A stretch of DNA of 64,000 nt from Macrostomum lignano (Eukaryota), in NCBI GenBank assembly GCA_002269645.1, contig NIVC01001597.1, forward strand, positions 1 through 64,000. The letters are read 5' to 3'. The position numbers were made by a program, and so were the translations under genes. The notes beneath the pieces were generated by a model. It was not told where the DNA came from, ran no database searches, and saw only the letters and a list, made by a program, of their open reading frames with translations. Positions 12,696 to 24,234 of the stretch are shown piece after piece. How positions within the stretch are numbered: position 1 is the stretch's first letter; the number at the start of each line of letters is the position of its first letter.

Positions 12696-13565
12696 TAGCA
12701 TAACCACACAATCTTGAGGTCAGGGCGCCATCGTTGGGGCGCCAGCACCAATGTGGATTTATTTACAAAATGCGAAAAAGTTCAAGGGATTTATAAATTT
12801 TACATCGCCACAGTGAGCAAAATCCGTCAAAACAGACGCTCAGAACCTGACTGCTGGGGTGGGTAGTAAAAAGCATGTATCTATGACAATAAGCTGAGCA
12901 AATTGATTTCAATTTGGACGAAATAAGTGAGCTGTATCCCTACAACCAAGCTTATACGAGCGTATTCCTGTCTCCCTCTCGTCCCTCTCTTCTGCCTCTC
13001 TCGGGTCCTGTTTTTCTTTGCGTCAAAAAGCAACTTTATCATTTCGTCTAGCGTTGTTTTATCCTGTATATTTACAACGTCGCATTTATTCTTCTTAATC
13101 GTGTGAGAGCCATGCATATTATATTCAAAAGCGCGCAAGTTTGCAATAAATTTTTTGCCTCAATTGACTTCAGCTAGCTAGTTGATATCTAATGTCCATT
13201 TGCCTCGTGTTCAAGCTAAACTAGCACGTCTTCTCCTTTTCTCATTCTACCTAAAGGTAAGCGGACCCAAAGCCGATACGCGGAGAGATGCATGCAGGGT
13301 GCGCGCAGCCAAAGGTTCGGACAGAGATTTCTTGCTGCTTTGTTCGCTAAGGGGTGCCGCGTCAGAGGTCGGGTGGTCCAGCCGGCCAATAGCTCGAAAC
13401 GGCCTCATCGTTCCACTATAAATAGTCGGCGAACTAAAAGAAATAGCAAACTAGTTCTTTTAAGAGAAGAAAAAGATTCAAAGTAGAAGGACAACGAGTA
13501 TTCTAAAAACTGTCAAAACTTTTTTTAAACTTCTTGCATTGAAACCAGAAAATTTGGGAAAAAAT

Positions 13566-16500
13566 ATGTGGCGCTGCCACTACGCCCTGCATTTGCTGAT
13601 TGCAGCATTACTCGTCTGCAGTAAGTTTATTAAACCATTGAAGTTTGACTGCCAAATTTTTGACGGCTTAAGTTTAAATGTATCTTTAATACATAGGAGT
13701 CTCAAAACTCAAATATCATCAACATCTTTGTAGAACTCTCAGCAAGCACGACTGAAATTCCAAATCAGTCCACAACAGCTGAAGCGGTAGCTCCATCTAG
13801 TGAACCTGCCACTTCCGAAGCTCCAACTCTACCAGTCCCATCTGAGGCTCCTACTGCACCTGCTCCATCTGACGCTCCGAGTGCGCCTCCATCGAGCGGA
13901 CCTGCCCCGTCCGACGCTCCCAGTGCACCTCCATCGAGCGGACCTGCTCCATCCGACGCTCCCAGTGCACCTCCATCGAGCGGACCTGCTCCAAGTGATG
14001 CTCCGAGTGCAACTCCATCAAGCGGACCTGCTTCAAGTGACGCTCCGAGTGCGCCTCCATCGAGCGGACCTGCTTCAAGTGACGCTCCGAGTGCGCCTCC
14101 ATCGAGCGGACCTGCTCCAAGTGACGCTCCGAGCGCAGCTACATTGAGCGGACCTGCCCCGTCCGACGTTCCGAGTGCGCCTCCATCGAGCGGACCTGCT
14201 CCATCGGACGCTCCGAGTGCGCCTCCATCAAGCGGACCTGCCCCGTCCGACGCTCCCAGTGCACCTCCATCGAGCGGACCTGCTCCATCCGACGCTCCCA
14301 GTGCACCTCCATCGAGCGGACCTGCTCCATCCGACGCTCCCAGTGCACCTCCATCGAGCGGACCTGCTCCAAGTGATGCTTCGAGTGCAACTCCATCAAG
14401 CGGACCTGCTCCAAGTGATGCTCCGAGTGTACCTCCATCGAGCGGACCTGCTCCAAGTGATGCTCCGAGTGCGCCTCCATCGAGCGGACCTGCTCCAAGT
14501 GATGCTCCGAGTGCGCCTCCATCGAGCGGACCTGCCCCGTCCGACGCTCCCAGTGCACCTCCATCGAGCGGATCTGCTCCATCCGACGCTCCCAGTGCAC
14601 CTCCATCGAGCGGACCTGCCCCGTCCGACGCTCCCAGTGCACCTCCATCGAGCGGACCTGCTCCATCCGACGCTCCCAGTGCACCTCCATCGAGCGGACC
14701 TGCTCCAAGTGATGCTCCGAGTGTACCTCCATCGAGCGGACCTGCTTCAAGTGATGCTCCGAGTGCGCCTCCATCGAGCGGACCTGCTCCAAGTGATGCT
14801 CCGAGTGCGCCTCCATCGAGCGGACCTGCCCCGTCCGACGCTCCCAGTGCACCTCCATCGAGCGGACCTGCTCCATCCGACGCTCCCAGTGCACCTCCAT
14901 CGAGCGGACCTGCTCCATCCGACGCTCCCAGTGCACCTCCATCGAGCGGACCTGCTCCAAGTGATGCTTCGAGTGCAACTCCATCAAGCGGACCTGCTCC
15001 AAGTGATGCTCCGAGTGCGCCTCCATCGAGCGGACCTGCTCCATCCGACGCTCCGAGTGCATCTCCATCGAGCGGACCTGCTCCATCCGACGCTCCCAGT
15101 GCAACTCCATCAAGCGGACCTGCTCCAAGTGACGCTCCGAGTGCGCCTCCATCGAGCGGACCTGCCCCGTCCGACGCTCCAAGCGCAGCTACATTGAGCG
15201 GACCTGCCCCTTCCGACGTTCCGAGTGCGCCTCCATCGAGCGGACCTGCTCCATCTGACGCTCCGAGTGCGCTTCCATCGAGTGGACCTGCCGCGTCAGA
15301 CGCTCCGAGTGCGCCTCCATCGAGCGGACCTGCCCCGTCCGACGCTCCAAGCGCAGCTACATTGAGCGGACCTGCCCCTTCCGACGTTCCGAGTGCGCCT
15401 CCATCGAGCGGACCTGCTCCATCTGACGCTCCGAGTGCGCTTCCATCGAGTGGACCTGCCGCGTCAGACGCTCCGAGTGCGCCTCCATCGAGCGGACCTG
15501 CCCCGTCCGACGCTCCGAGTGCGCCTCCATCGAGCGGACCTGCTCCGAGTGATGCTCCGAGTGCGCCTCCATCAAGCGGACCTGCTTCAAGTGACGCTCC
15601 GAGTGCGCCTCCATCGAGCGGACCTGCCCCGTCCGACGCTCCGAGCGCAGCTACATTGAGCGGACCTGCCCCGTCCGACGTTCCGAGTGCGCCTCCATCG
15701 AGCGGACCTGCTCCATCCGACGCTCCCAGTGCACCTCCATCGAGCGGACCTGCTCCAAGTGACGCTCCGAGCGCAGCTACATTGAGAGGACCTGCCCCGT
15801 CCGACGCTCCCAGTGCACCTCCATCGAGCGGACCTGCTCCAAGTGATGCTCCGAGTGAAACTCCATCAAGCGGACCTGCTTCAAGTGACGCTCCGAGTGC
15901 GCCTCCATCAAGCGGACCTGCTCCAAGTGACGCTCCGAGCGCAGCTACATTGAGCGGACCTGCACCGTCCGACGTTCCGAGTGCGCCTCCATCGAGCGGA
16001 CGTGCTCCATCTGACGCTCCGAGTGCGCCTCCATCGAGCGGACCTGCCCCGTCCGACGCTCCCAGTGCACCTCCATCGAGCGGACCTGCTCCATCCGACG
16101 CTCCCAGTGCACCTCCATCGAGCGGACCTGCTCCAAGTGATGCTCCGAGTGCAACTCCATCAAGCGGACCTGCTTCAAGTGACGCTCCGAGTGTACCTCC
16201 ATCGAGCGGACCTGCTCCAAGTGATGCTCCGAGTGCGCCTCCATCGAGCGGACCTGCTTCATCTACATCACCAGCGGCATTGACGACAGTTGCGCCAACA
16301 ACAGCTGCAACAACGTGTTTAGTTGGCTATTGCAAAAATGACGGTGTTTGTTCGATCGTCAACAATGAGCGTACCTGCCAATGCCCTGTTAATTGGGGAG
16401 GAGATCATTGTGAAGAACGTATGTGTTTTTTCTAGCCTCTTGATACAATTATCTATGTTGCATTGCTGAAAAAAACATTTTTTCTCCTATTATAGGGGCA

Positions 16501-19500
16501 AAGATTGTTCGACCAAAGGTCGTCGTGCAGAAAGACTACGATGAGGACATGAGAGACAACAACAGCCCTGCCGCGCAGAATTTCTGGTTAGCATTCGTAC
16601 GATTTGTAAGTTAAACGCTTATTTTAACTAATGAAACTAAGAATACGAGTGTACAAAGTACAAAGTTGCCTTTGTTTCTTTTTTATCATTTTTAAATGAT
16701 CAACTACAGATGCTGGCAGTATTTCGTCGCTCAAGCAACCCAGCATTTGCCAACGCAAGGCACACGCTGATACTGATCAGCCTTGGACCAGGATCTGTTA
16801 TCACTGAGTTCGACGACAAAATTAGCGGGCCACAGGTAGACACAATCGAAACAGAGGCAATTTCTTCTGATATCGAGTCTGGCATTTCGAATCTGGCATC
16901 ATCGAACGAATCATTCTCCAACTTTACCGTAAGCAATGTATCCTCGGCAGGTAAGTGGATCTCAGTGTGAAAATTTGTGAAGTTTTCTTTATCCGAACCT
17001 ACTAAAATAGGATCACTCGATATTTCTGCATAACATTGCCTGTTTTAGTGCCCAGCCTGTGCTCCAACACCAGCTGTTCCATTTATGCCTCTTGCGACAA
17101 CAGCTCTACAAACGTTTCAACCCTCTGCACCTGCAACTTCGGTTATAGAAGCGACTCCAACAATTCATATCCTGGTTACCTCTGCACCCAGGAGTGCAGT
17201 TCTACCAGCTGCTCCACCGATGAGACATGCATGGAAAACATTGGTGCCAATTTCACATGTAACACAATAACCACAGTGGGCCCGACAGTCGCTCCTGGCA
17301 CGACTGCAGAGCTCAGCTCTACAGAAGCTCCAAGAGCAACAGAAATTTCATCAGCATCAACAGCCGATATTGGCTCGACAGAAACTCCTGAATCCTCAGC
17401 AGCTCCGGTATCGACAGAAACTCCTGGATCTCCAGCAGCTCCGGTATCGACAGAAGCTCCTGGATCCCCAGCAGCTTCGGTATCGACAGAAGCTCCTGGA
17501 TCCCCAGCAGCTTCGGTATCGACAGAAACTCCTGGATCCCCAGCAGCTCCGGTATCGACAGAAACTCCTGGATCCCCAGCAGCTCCGGTATCGACAGAAA
17601 CTCCTGGATCCCCAGCAGCTTCGGTATCGACAGAAACTCCTGGATCCCCAGCATCTTCGGTATCGACAGAAACTCCTGGATCTCCAGCAGCTCCGGTATC
17701 GACAGAAACTCCTGGATCGCCAGAAGCTCCGGTATCGACAGAAACTCCTGGATCCCCAGAAGCTCCGGTATCGACAGAAACTCCTGGATCCCCAGCAGCT
17801 CCAGTATCGACCGAAACTCCTGGATCCCCAGCAGCTTCGGTATCGACAGAAGCTCCTGGAACCCCAGCAGCTCCAGTATCGACAGAAACTCCTGGATCCC
17901 CAGCAGCTCCGGTATCGACAGAAACTCCTGGATCCCCAGCAGCTTCGGTATCGACAGAAACTCCTGGATCCCCAGCAGCTTCGGTATCGACAGAAACTCC
18001 TGGATCCCCAGCATCTTCGGTATCGACAGAAACTCTTGGATCCCCAGAAGCTCCAGTATCGACTGAAACTCCTGGATCCCCAGCAGCTTCAGTATCGACA
18101 GAAACTCCTGGATCCCCAGCAGCTCCAGTATCGACTGAAACTCCTGGATCCCCAGCAGCTTCAGTATCGACAGAAACTCCTGGATCCCCAGCAGCTCCAG
18201 TATCGACTGAAACTCCTGGATCCCCAGCAGCTCCAGTATCGACTGAAACTCCTGGATCCCCAGCAGCTCCAGTATCGACAGAAACTCCTGGATCCCCAGC
18301 AGCTTCGGTATCGACAGAAACTCCTGGATCGCCAGAAGCTCCGGTATCGACAGAAACTCCTGGATCCCCAGAAGCTCCGGTATCGACAGAAACTCCTGGA
18401 TCCCCAGCAGCTGCAGTATCGACCGAAACTCCTGGATCCCCAGAAGCTCCGGTATCGACTGAAACTCCTAGATCCCCAGCAGCTTCGGTATCGACAGAAA
18501 CTCCTGGATCCCCAGCAGCTCCAGTATCGACAGAAACTCCTGGATCCCCAGCAGCTCCGGTATCGACAGAAACTCCTGGATCCCCAGCAGCTCCAGTATC
18601 GACCGAAACTCCTGGATCCCCAGAAGCTCCGGTATCGACAGAAACTCCTGGATCCCCAGCAGCTCCAGTATCGACAGAAACTCCTGGATCCCCAGCAGCT
18701 CCAGTATCAACTGAAACTCCTGGATCCCCAGCAGCTTCAGTATCGACAGAAACTCCTGGATCCCCAGCAGCTCCAGTATCGACTGAAACTCCTGGATCCC
18801 CAGCAGCTTCGGTATCGACAGAAGCTCCTGGATCCCCAGCAGCTCCAGTATCGACAGAAACTCCTGGATCCCCAGCAGCTCAGTATCGACTGAAACTCCT
18901 GGATCCCCAGCAGCTCCAGTATCGACTGAAACTCCTGGATCCCCAGCAGCTTCGGTATCGACAGAAACTCCTGGATCCCCAGCAGCTTCGGTATCGACAG
19001 AAACTCCTGGATCCCCAGCAGCTCCGGTATCGACAGAAACTCCTGGATCTCCAGCAGCTCCGGTATCGACTGAAACTCCTGGATCCCCAGAAGCTCCGGT
19101 ATCGACAGAAACTCCTGGATCCCCAGAAGCTCCGGTATCGACAGAAACTCCTGGATCCCCAGCAGCTCCGGTATCGACAGAAACTCCTAGATCTCCAGCA
19201 GCTCCGGTATCGACTGAAATTCCAACTTCTCCTCCATCGAGCGGACCTGCCCCGTCCGAGCCTTCAACTTCATCTACATCACCAGCGGCATTGACGACAG
19301 TTGCGCCAACAACAGCTGCAACAACGTGTTTAGTTGGCTATTGCAAAAATGACGGTGTTTGTTCGATCGTCAACAATGAGCGTACCTGCCAATGCCCTGT
19401 TAATAGGGGAGGAGATCGTTGTGAAGAACGTATGTGCTTTTTCTAGCCTCTTGATACAATTTTCTGTGTTGCATTGCTGAAAAAAACATTTTTTCTTCTA

Positions 19501-22500
19501 TTATAGCGGCAAAGATTGTTCGACCAAAGGTCGTCGTGCAGAAAGACTACGATGAGGACATGAGAGACAACAACAGCCCTGCCGCGCAGAATTTCTGGAT
19601 TGCATTCGTACAGTTTGTAAGTTAAACGCTTATTTTAACTAATAAAACTAAGAATACGAGCGTATAAAGTATAAAGTTGTTTTTGTTTCTTTTTTATCAT
19701 TTTTAAATGCTCACTTACAGATGTTGGCAGTATTTCGTCGCTCAAGCAACCCAGCATTTGCCAACGCGAGGCACACGCTGATACTGATCAGCCTTGGACC
19801 AGGATCTGTTATCACTGAGTTCGACGACAAAATTAGCGGGCCACAGGTAGACACAATCGAAACAGAGGCAATTTCTTCTGATATCGAGTCTGGCATTTCG
19901 AATCTGGCATCATCGAACGAATCATTCTCCAACTTTACCGTAAGCAATGTATCCTCGGCAGGTAAGTGGATCTCAGTATGAAAATTTGTGAAGTTTTCTA
20001 TATTCGAACCTACTAAAATAGGATCACTCGATATTTCTGCATAACATTGCCTGTTTTAGTGCCCAGCCTGTGCTCCAACACCAGCTGTTCCATTTATGCC
20101 TCTTGCGACAACAGCTCTACAAACGTTTCAACCCTCTGCACCTGCAACTTCGGTTATAGAAGCGACTCCAACAATTCATATCCTGGTTACCTCTGCACCC
20201 AGGAGTGCAGTTCTACCAGCTGCTCCACCGATGAGACATGCATGGAAAACATTGGTGCCAATTTCACATGTAACACAATAACCACAGTGGGCCCGACAGT
20301 CGCTCCTGGCACGACTGCAGAGCTCAGCTCTACAGAAGCTCCAAGAGCAACAGAAATTTCATCAGCATCAACAGCCGATATTGGCTCGACAGAAACTCCT
20401 GGATCCTCAGCAGCTCCGGTATCGACAGAAACTCCTGGATCTCCAGCAGCTCCGGTATCGACAGAAGCTCCTGGATCCCCAGCAGCTTCGGTATCGACAG
20501 AAGCTCCTGGATCCCCAGCAGCTCCAGTATCGACTGAAACTCCTGGATCCCCAGCAGCTTCGGTATCGACAGAAACTCCTGGATCCCCAGCAGCTCCGGT
20601 ATCGACAGAAACTCCTGGATCCCCAGCAGCTCCAGTATCGACAGAAACTCCTGGATCCCCAACAGCTCCAGTATCGACAGAAACTCCTGGATCCCCAGCA
20701 GCTTCAGTATCGACAGAAACTCCTGGATCCCCAGCAGCTCCGGTATCGACAGAAACTCCTGGATCCCCAGCAGCTCCAGTATCGACAGAAACTCCTGGAT
20801 CCCCAGCAGCTCCGGTATCGACAGAAACTCCTGGATCTCCAGCAGCTCCGGTATCGACAGAAGCTTCTGGATCCCCAGCAGCTCCAGTATCGACAGAGAC
20901 TCCTGAATCCACTGCAGCTCCTGGCTCAACCGCCGCTCCTGAATCCACTGCAGCTCCTGGCTCAACTGCCGCTCCTGGATCCACTGCAGCTCCTGGCTCA
21001 ACCGCCGCTCCTGAATCCACTGCAGCTCCTGGATCCACTGCAGCTCCTGGCTCAACCACCGCTCCTGAATCCACTGCTGCTCCTGGCTCAACCGCAGCTC
21101 CTGGATCCACTGCAGCTCCTGACTCAACCGCAGCTCCTGGATCCACTGCAGCTCCTGGATCCACTGCAGCTCCTGGCTCAACCGCCGCTCCTGGATCCAC
21201 TGCAGCTCCTGACTCAACCGCAGCTCCTGGATCCACTGCAGCTCCTGGCTCAACCGCCGCTCCTGGATCCACTGCCGCTCCTGGATCCACTGCAGCTCCT
21301 GGCTCAACCGCAGCTCCTGGATCCACTGCCGCTCCTGGATCCACTGCAGCTCCTGGCTCAACCGCAGCTCCTGGATCCACTGCAGCTCCTGGCTCAACCG
21401 CCGCTCCTGGATCCACTGCAGCTCCTGGCTCAACCGCAGCTCCTGGATCCACTGCAGCTCCTGGATCCACCACTGCTCCTGGATCCACTGCTGCTCCTGG
21501 CTCAACGGCAGCTCCTGGCTCAACGGCAGCTCCTGGATCCACTGCAGCTCCTGGCTCAACGGCAGCTCCTGGATCCACTGCCGCTTCTGGATCCACCGCT
21601 GCTCCTGGATCCACTGCCGCTCCTGGATCCACTGCAGCTCCTGGCTCAACCGCAGCTCCTGGATCCACTGCAGCTCCTGGCTCAACCGCCGCTCCTGGAT
21701 CCACTGCAGCTCCTGGCTCAACCGCAGCTCCTGGATCCACTGCAGCTCCTGGATCCACCACTGCTCCTGGATCCACTGCAGCTCCTGGCTCAACGGCAGC
21801 TCCTGGATCCACTGCCGCTCCTGGATCCACCGCTGCTCCTGGATCCACCGCTGCTCCTGGATCCACTGTCGCTCCTGGATCCACTGCCGCTCCTGGATCC
21901 ACTACAGCTCCTGACTCAACAGCACATCTTGGATCCACTGCAGCTCCTGACTCAACAGCAGATCTTGGATCCACGACTTCTCCTGTATGTAACCCTTCTA
22001 ACTGCAGGTTTGGCGGAACTTGCGTCGGCGTCTCCAGAGCTTGCAGTTGCAGACCAAATCGTGGAGGACAGTTCTGTGAGAAAAGTAAGCTTACTGACGT
22101 GTTCGAACAAAGAATTGAATATTTTTCGGGAAGTTTAGGAGTTTAAAAGCTTCTGTAAGCTTTTCAGTAAACATTAAAATACTTGTTCTAAACTGAGTTC
22201 GCAACACTTTTTGCATTCTAGAAAAAACGCGCGTTCGTTGCCGAAACCGGATGCCAAAACTTGTCTTCAAGACTGATTACCTGGACTTTTCACTACCGAT
22301 AACAGTAGCTCTTTGGCAAGATGTGAAGGCATTCGTAAGTGCAATTTCTTTCCACAGTTTTTTATTTAGCTTGCTGGTTGAACTTTCGACAAGATAAACT
22401 TTGTTGTTTCAGATCATTGGCAGCTTCAGACGGTCGACTAATGCCAACTTCAAAAATGCTGAGTTCAATTTGGTATTTATTGCGTTCAAATCGGGCTCAG

Positions 22501-24234
22501 TTTTAGTAGATTACGATTTGGAATTCAGCGTTCCTGACAGTGCGCCGATCATGTCAGTGGACGAGATAAAGGCAGCCATGGACTCCGGCCTCAGTGCCAC
22601 CAGCAGCTCCACTTCGAACTACACAATGGATGCAAACACAACTGCTACAGGTAAAAGAGCTCCACGTTGCAGCTTTTCGTGACATTTGGGCCCGCACAGA
22701 TTTGTATTCACGAAAGGCAGTGACATGGAGCATGGAGTTAGACAGATTTTCACGCCTTTACGCCCGTTTGAGTACGTATCTGTTTGCGTAACGTGCATCT
22801 ATGCGTGTGTACGCGCGTATATGTGCTCAGGTTTTAGTAGAAAGTGCAAGTCTAATTCAAGGACTACTTAAGAAGACTGCTTAATAAACGATAACTTAAA
22901 TCGTTCTTGATCGAATTTCCCACCTTTCTGCTCGTGTTTCGACTGTCACAAACAGTTACGTCAGCGCCGAAATCACAGCAAAAAGCACATAAACACACTT
23001 CCTTGAAATTTCAGCGTACGATTACTGTGCGACATCACCGTGCTCGAAGTACGCCACCTGTACTAACTTCGCAAGCAACAGCACCTTCGACTGTAGCTGC
23101 TGGAATGGTTTCCTAGACGAGGACACCAGTGTTAAGGGCACTAAATGTACCGAGCAGTGCAACAGCTCGCAAATTTACTGCTCAGGCAATGGAGTCTGTC
23201 GAACGAACGCTTACAATAGAGTCGGCTGCCAGTGCTTCAGCGGCTACACCGGGGACACGTGCTCAACTGTGTCCCTCACTGATCCAGTGCTGGCCATCGT
23301 GATTGCTGTGCCAATTTTATTCGTCATAATTGTGGTTGTGATTGCCGTGGTTGTGTACATCTACAGGAAGCAGGGCCGGTTCAAGCAGGCCATGATCGAT
23401 TCGCGCAGTTTCGCGGATGGCGCAGGCTACGGAGAGGACGGCGGGGCGGATCGGTTCCAACCGATGCCTCCCAGCTCCGCCGGGTCGTTGAAGAATTCGG
23501 TAAAGTTTTTTTTACTAGCTGCACTTGCTCAATCCGCGTACACGTACCCCAAGCACTTCACAAATCCATCAAGGTAGACACACCCAAGCACATCTTTAGC
23601 TTACCCAGGTACACACTTGATCACCCCATACATCCCTTCTAGTATACAATACGTGAACAGCTCATAAATGAAACAAAGTAGGTCACACACTCATTAACAA
23701 TAAATTAATCCTGGTAGGTCACACATTCATGCCATAAATTAACCCAGGTAGGTCACACATTCATATAAACCATAAATTAATCCAGGTAGGTCAGACACTC
23801 ATTAACCATAAACTAATCCAGGTAGGTCACACACTCATTAACTATTTTGAATCCAGGTACACACCAAGCAAATCATTAACTCATCCAGGTACATATTCCT
23901 CGAGCGAGGCTGGCTGGTCCAGAATTCGGAAACATGTACCAACAGGAGCGGCAAGAAAGCGGCGCCAGCATTGACGGATCCATGAACTTCGACCAGCAGC
24001 CAACTCCCAGCTTCAGCTATCCGTACAAGCGTTACTCAGATTCAACATTCCGCAGTGGGGGAGCGGTGAGTCACCACTATCGACCTAATTTTCTTGCTAT
24101 TATTTCGATTGCACTTTTATTTACAAGGCATGGTAATATGCATCTACTTGCAATTCCAAGAACTTACTATTCCTTTGAAAATTGAATTCCAGGGACCTTC
24201 CAGGGCTGAGGAGGATGGCAGGCAATATTTCTAA
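13566..24234 (+). CDS. Multi-SEA/EGF type-I transmembrane mucin, gene A (MUC13/HEG1/MUC3-17-like architecture)
   Basis: Exons: 13566-13620 (signal peptide MWRCHYALHLLIAALLVC), 13734-16418, 16496-16605, 16710-16950, 17049-19429 (1-bp deletion at ~18880), 19507-19616, 19721-19961, 20060-22084, 22222-22334, 22413-22650, 23015-23499, 23889-24065, 24193-24234 (TAA). All are GT-AG and phase-compatible. Order: SP-PTS-EGF-SEA-EGF-EGF-PTS-EGF-SEA-EGF-EGF-PTS-EGF-SEA-EGF-EGF-TM(VLAIVIAVPILFVIIVVVIAVVVYIY)-tail ending EEDGRQYF. Confidence 0.9.
13860..16260 (+). repeat. Coding VNTR, 42-bp unit (SGPAPSDAPSAPPS), ~57 copies
   Basis: Visible in the sequence and in ORF 14144-16435. Confidence 0.95.
16255..20900 (+). 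repeat. Recent ~3.0-kb tandem duplication inside mucin gene A (EGF-SEA-EGF-EGF-PTS module, introns included)
   Basis: The sequence from 16261 recurs at 19272 (offset 3011). Exons and introns are near-identical, with scattered SNPs (e.g. PVNWGGDHC vs PVNRGGDRC). Confidence 0.93.
17375..19225 (+). repeat. Coding VNTR, 36-bp unit (STETPGSPAAPV), ~51 copies
   Basis: Visible in the sequence and ORF 17036-19294; one unit at 18871-18890 lacks one base. Confidence 0.95.
20386..21975 (+). repeat. Coding VNTR: ~14 copies of the 36-bp unit, then ~60 copies of an 18-bp unit (GSTAAP)
   Basis: ORF 20047-22146; the unit changes at ~20900. Confidence 0.95.
23580..23890 (+). repeat. ~37-bp intronic minisatellite whose units contain CCAG|GTA(GGT)
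   Basis: CCAG ends at 23608, 23747, 23785, 23821, 23856 and at the modelled acceptor 23888. Confidence 0.8.

Noticed and set aside
14139-21974. Long antisense and alternative-frame ORFs over mucin A arrays (347, 340, 507, 595, 487, 585 aa, etc.)
   Set aside because: These are shadows of stop-free tandem units. Only the P/T/S frame connects to the signal peptide, EGF/SEA exons and splice sites.
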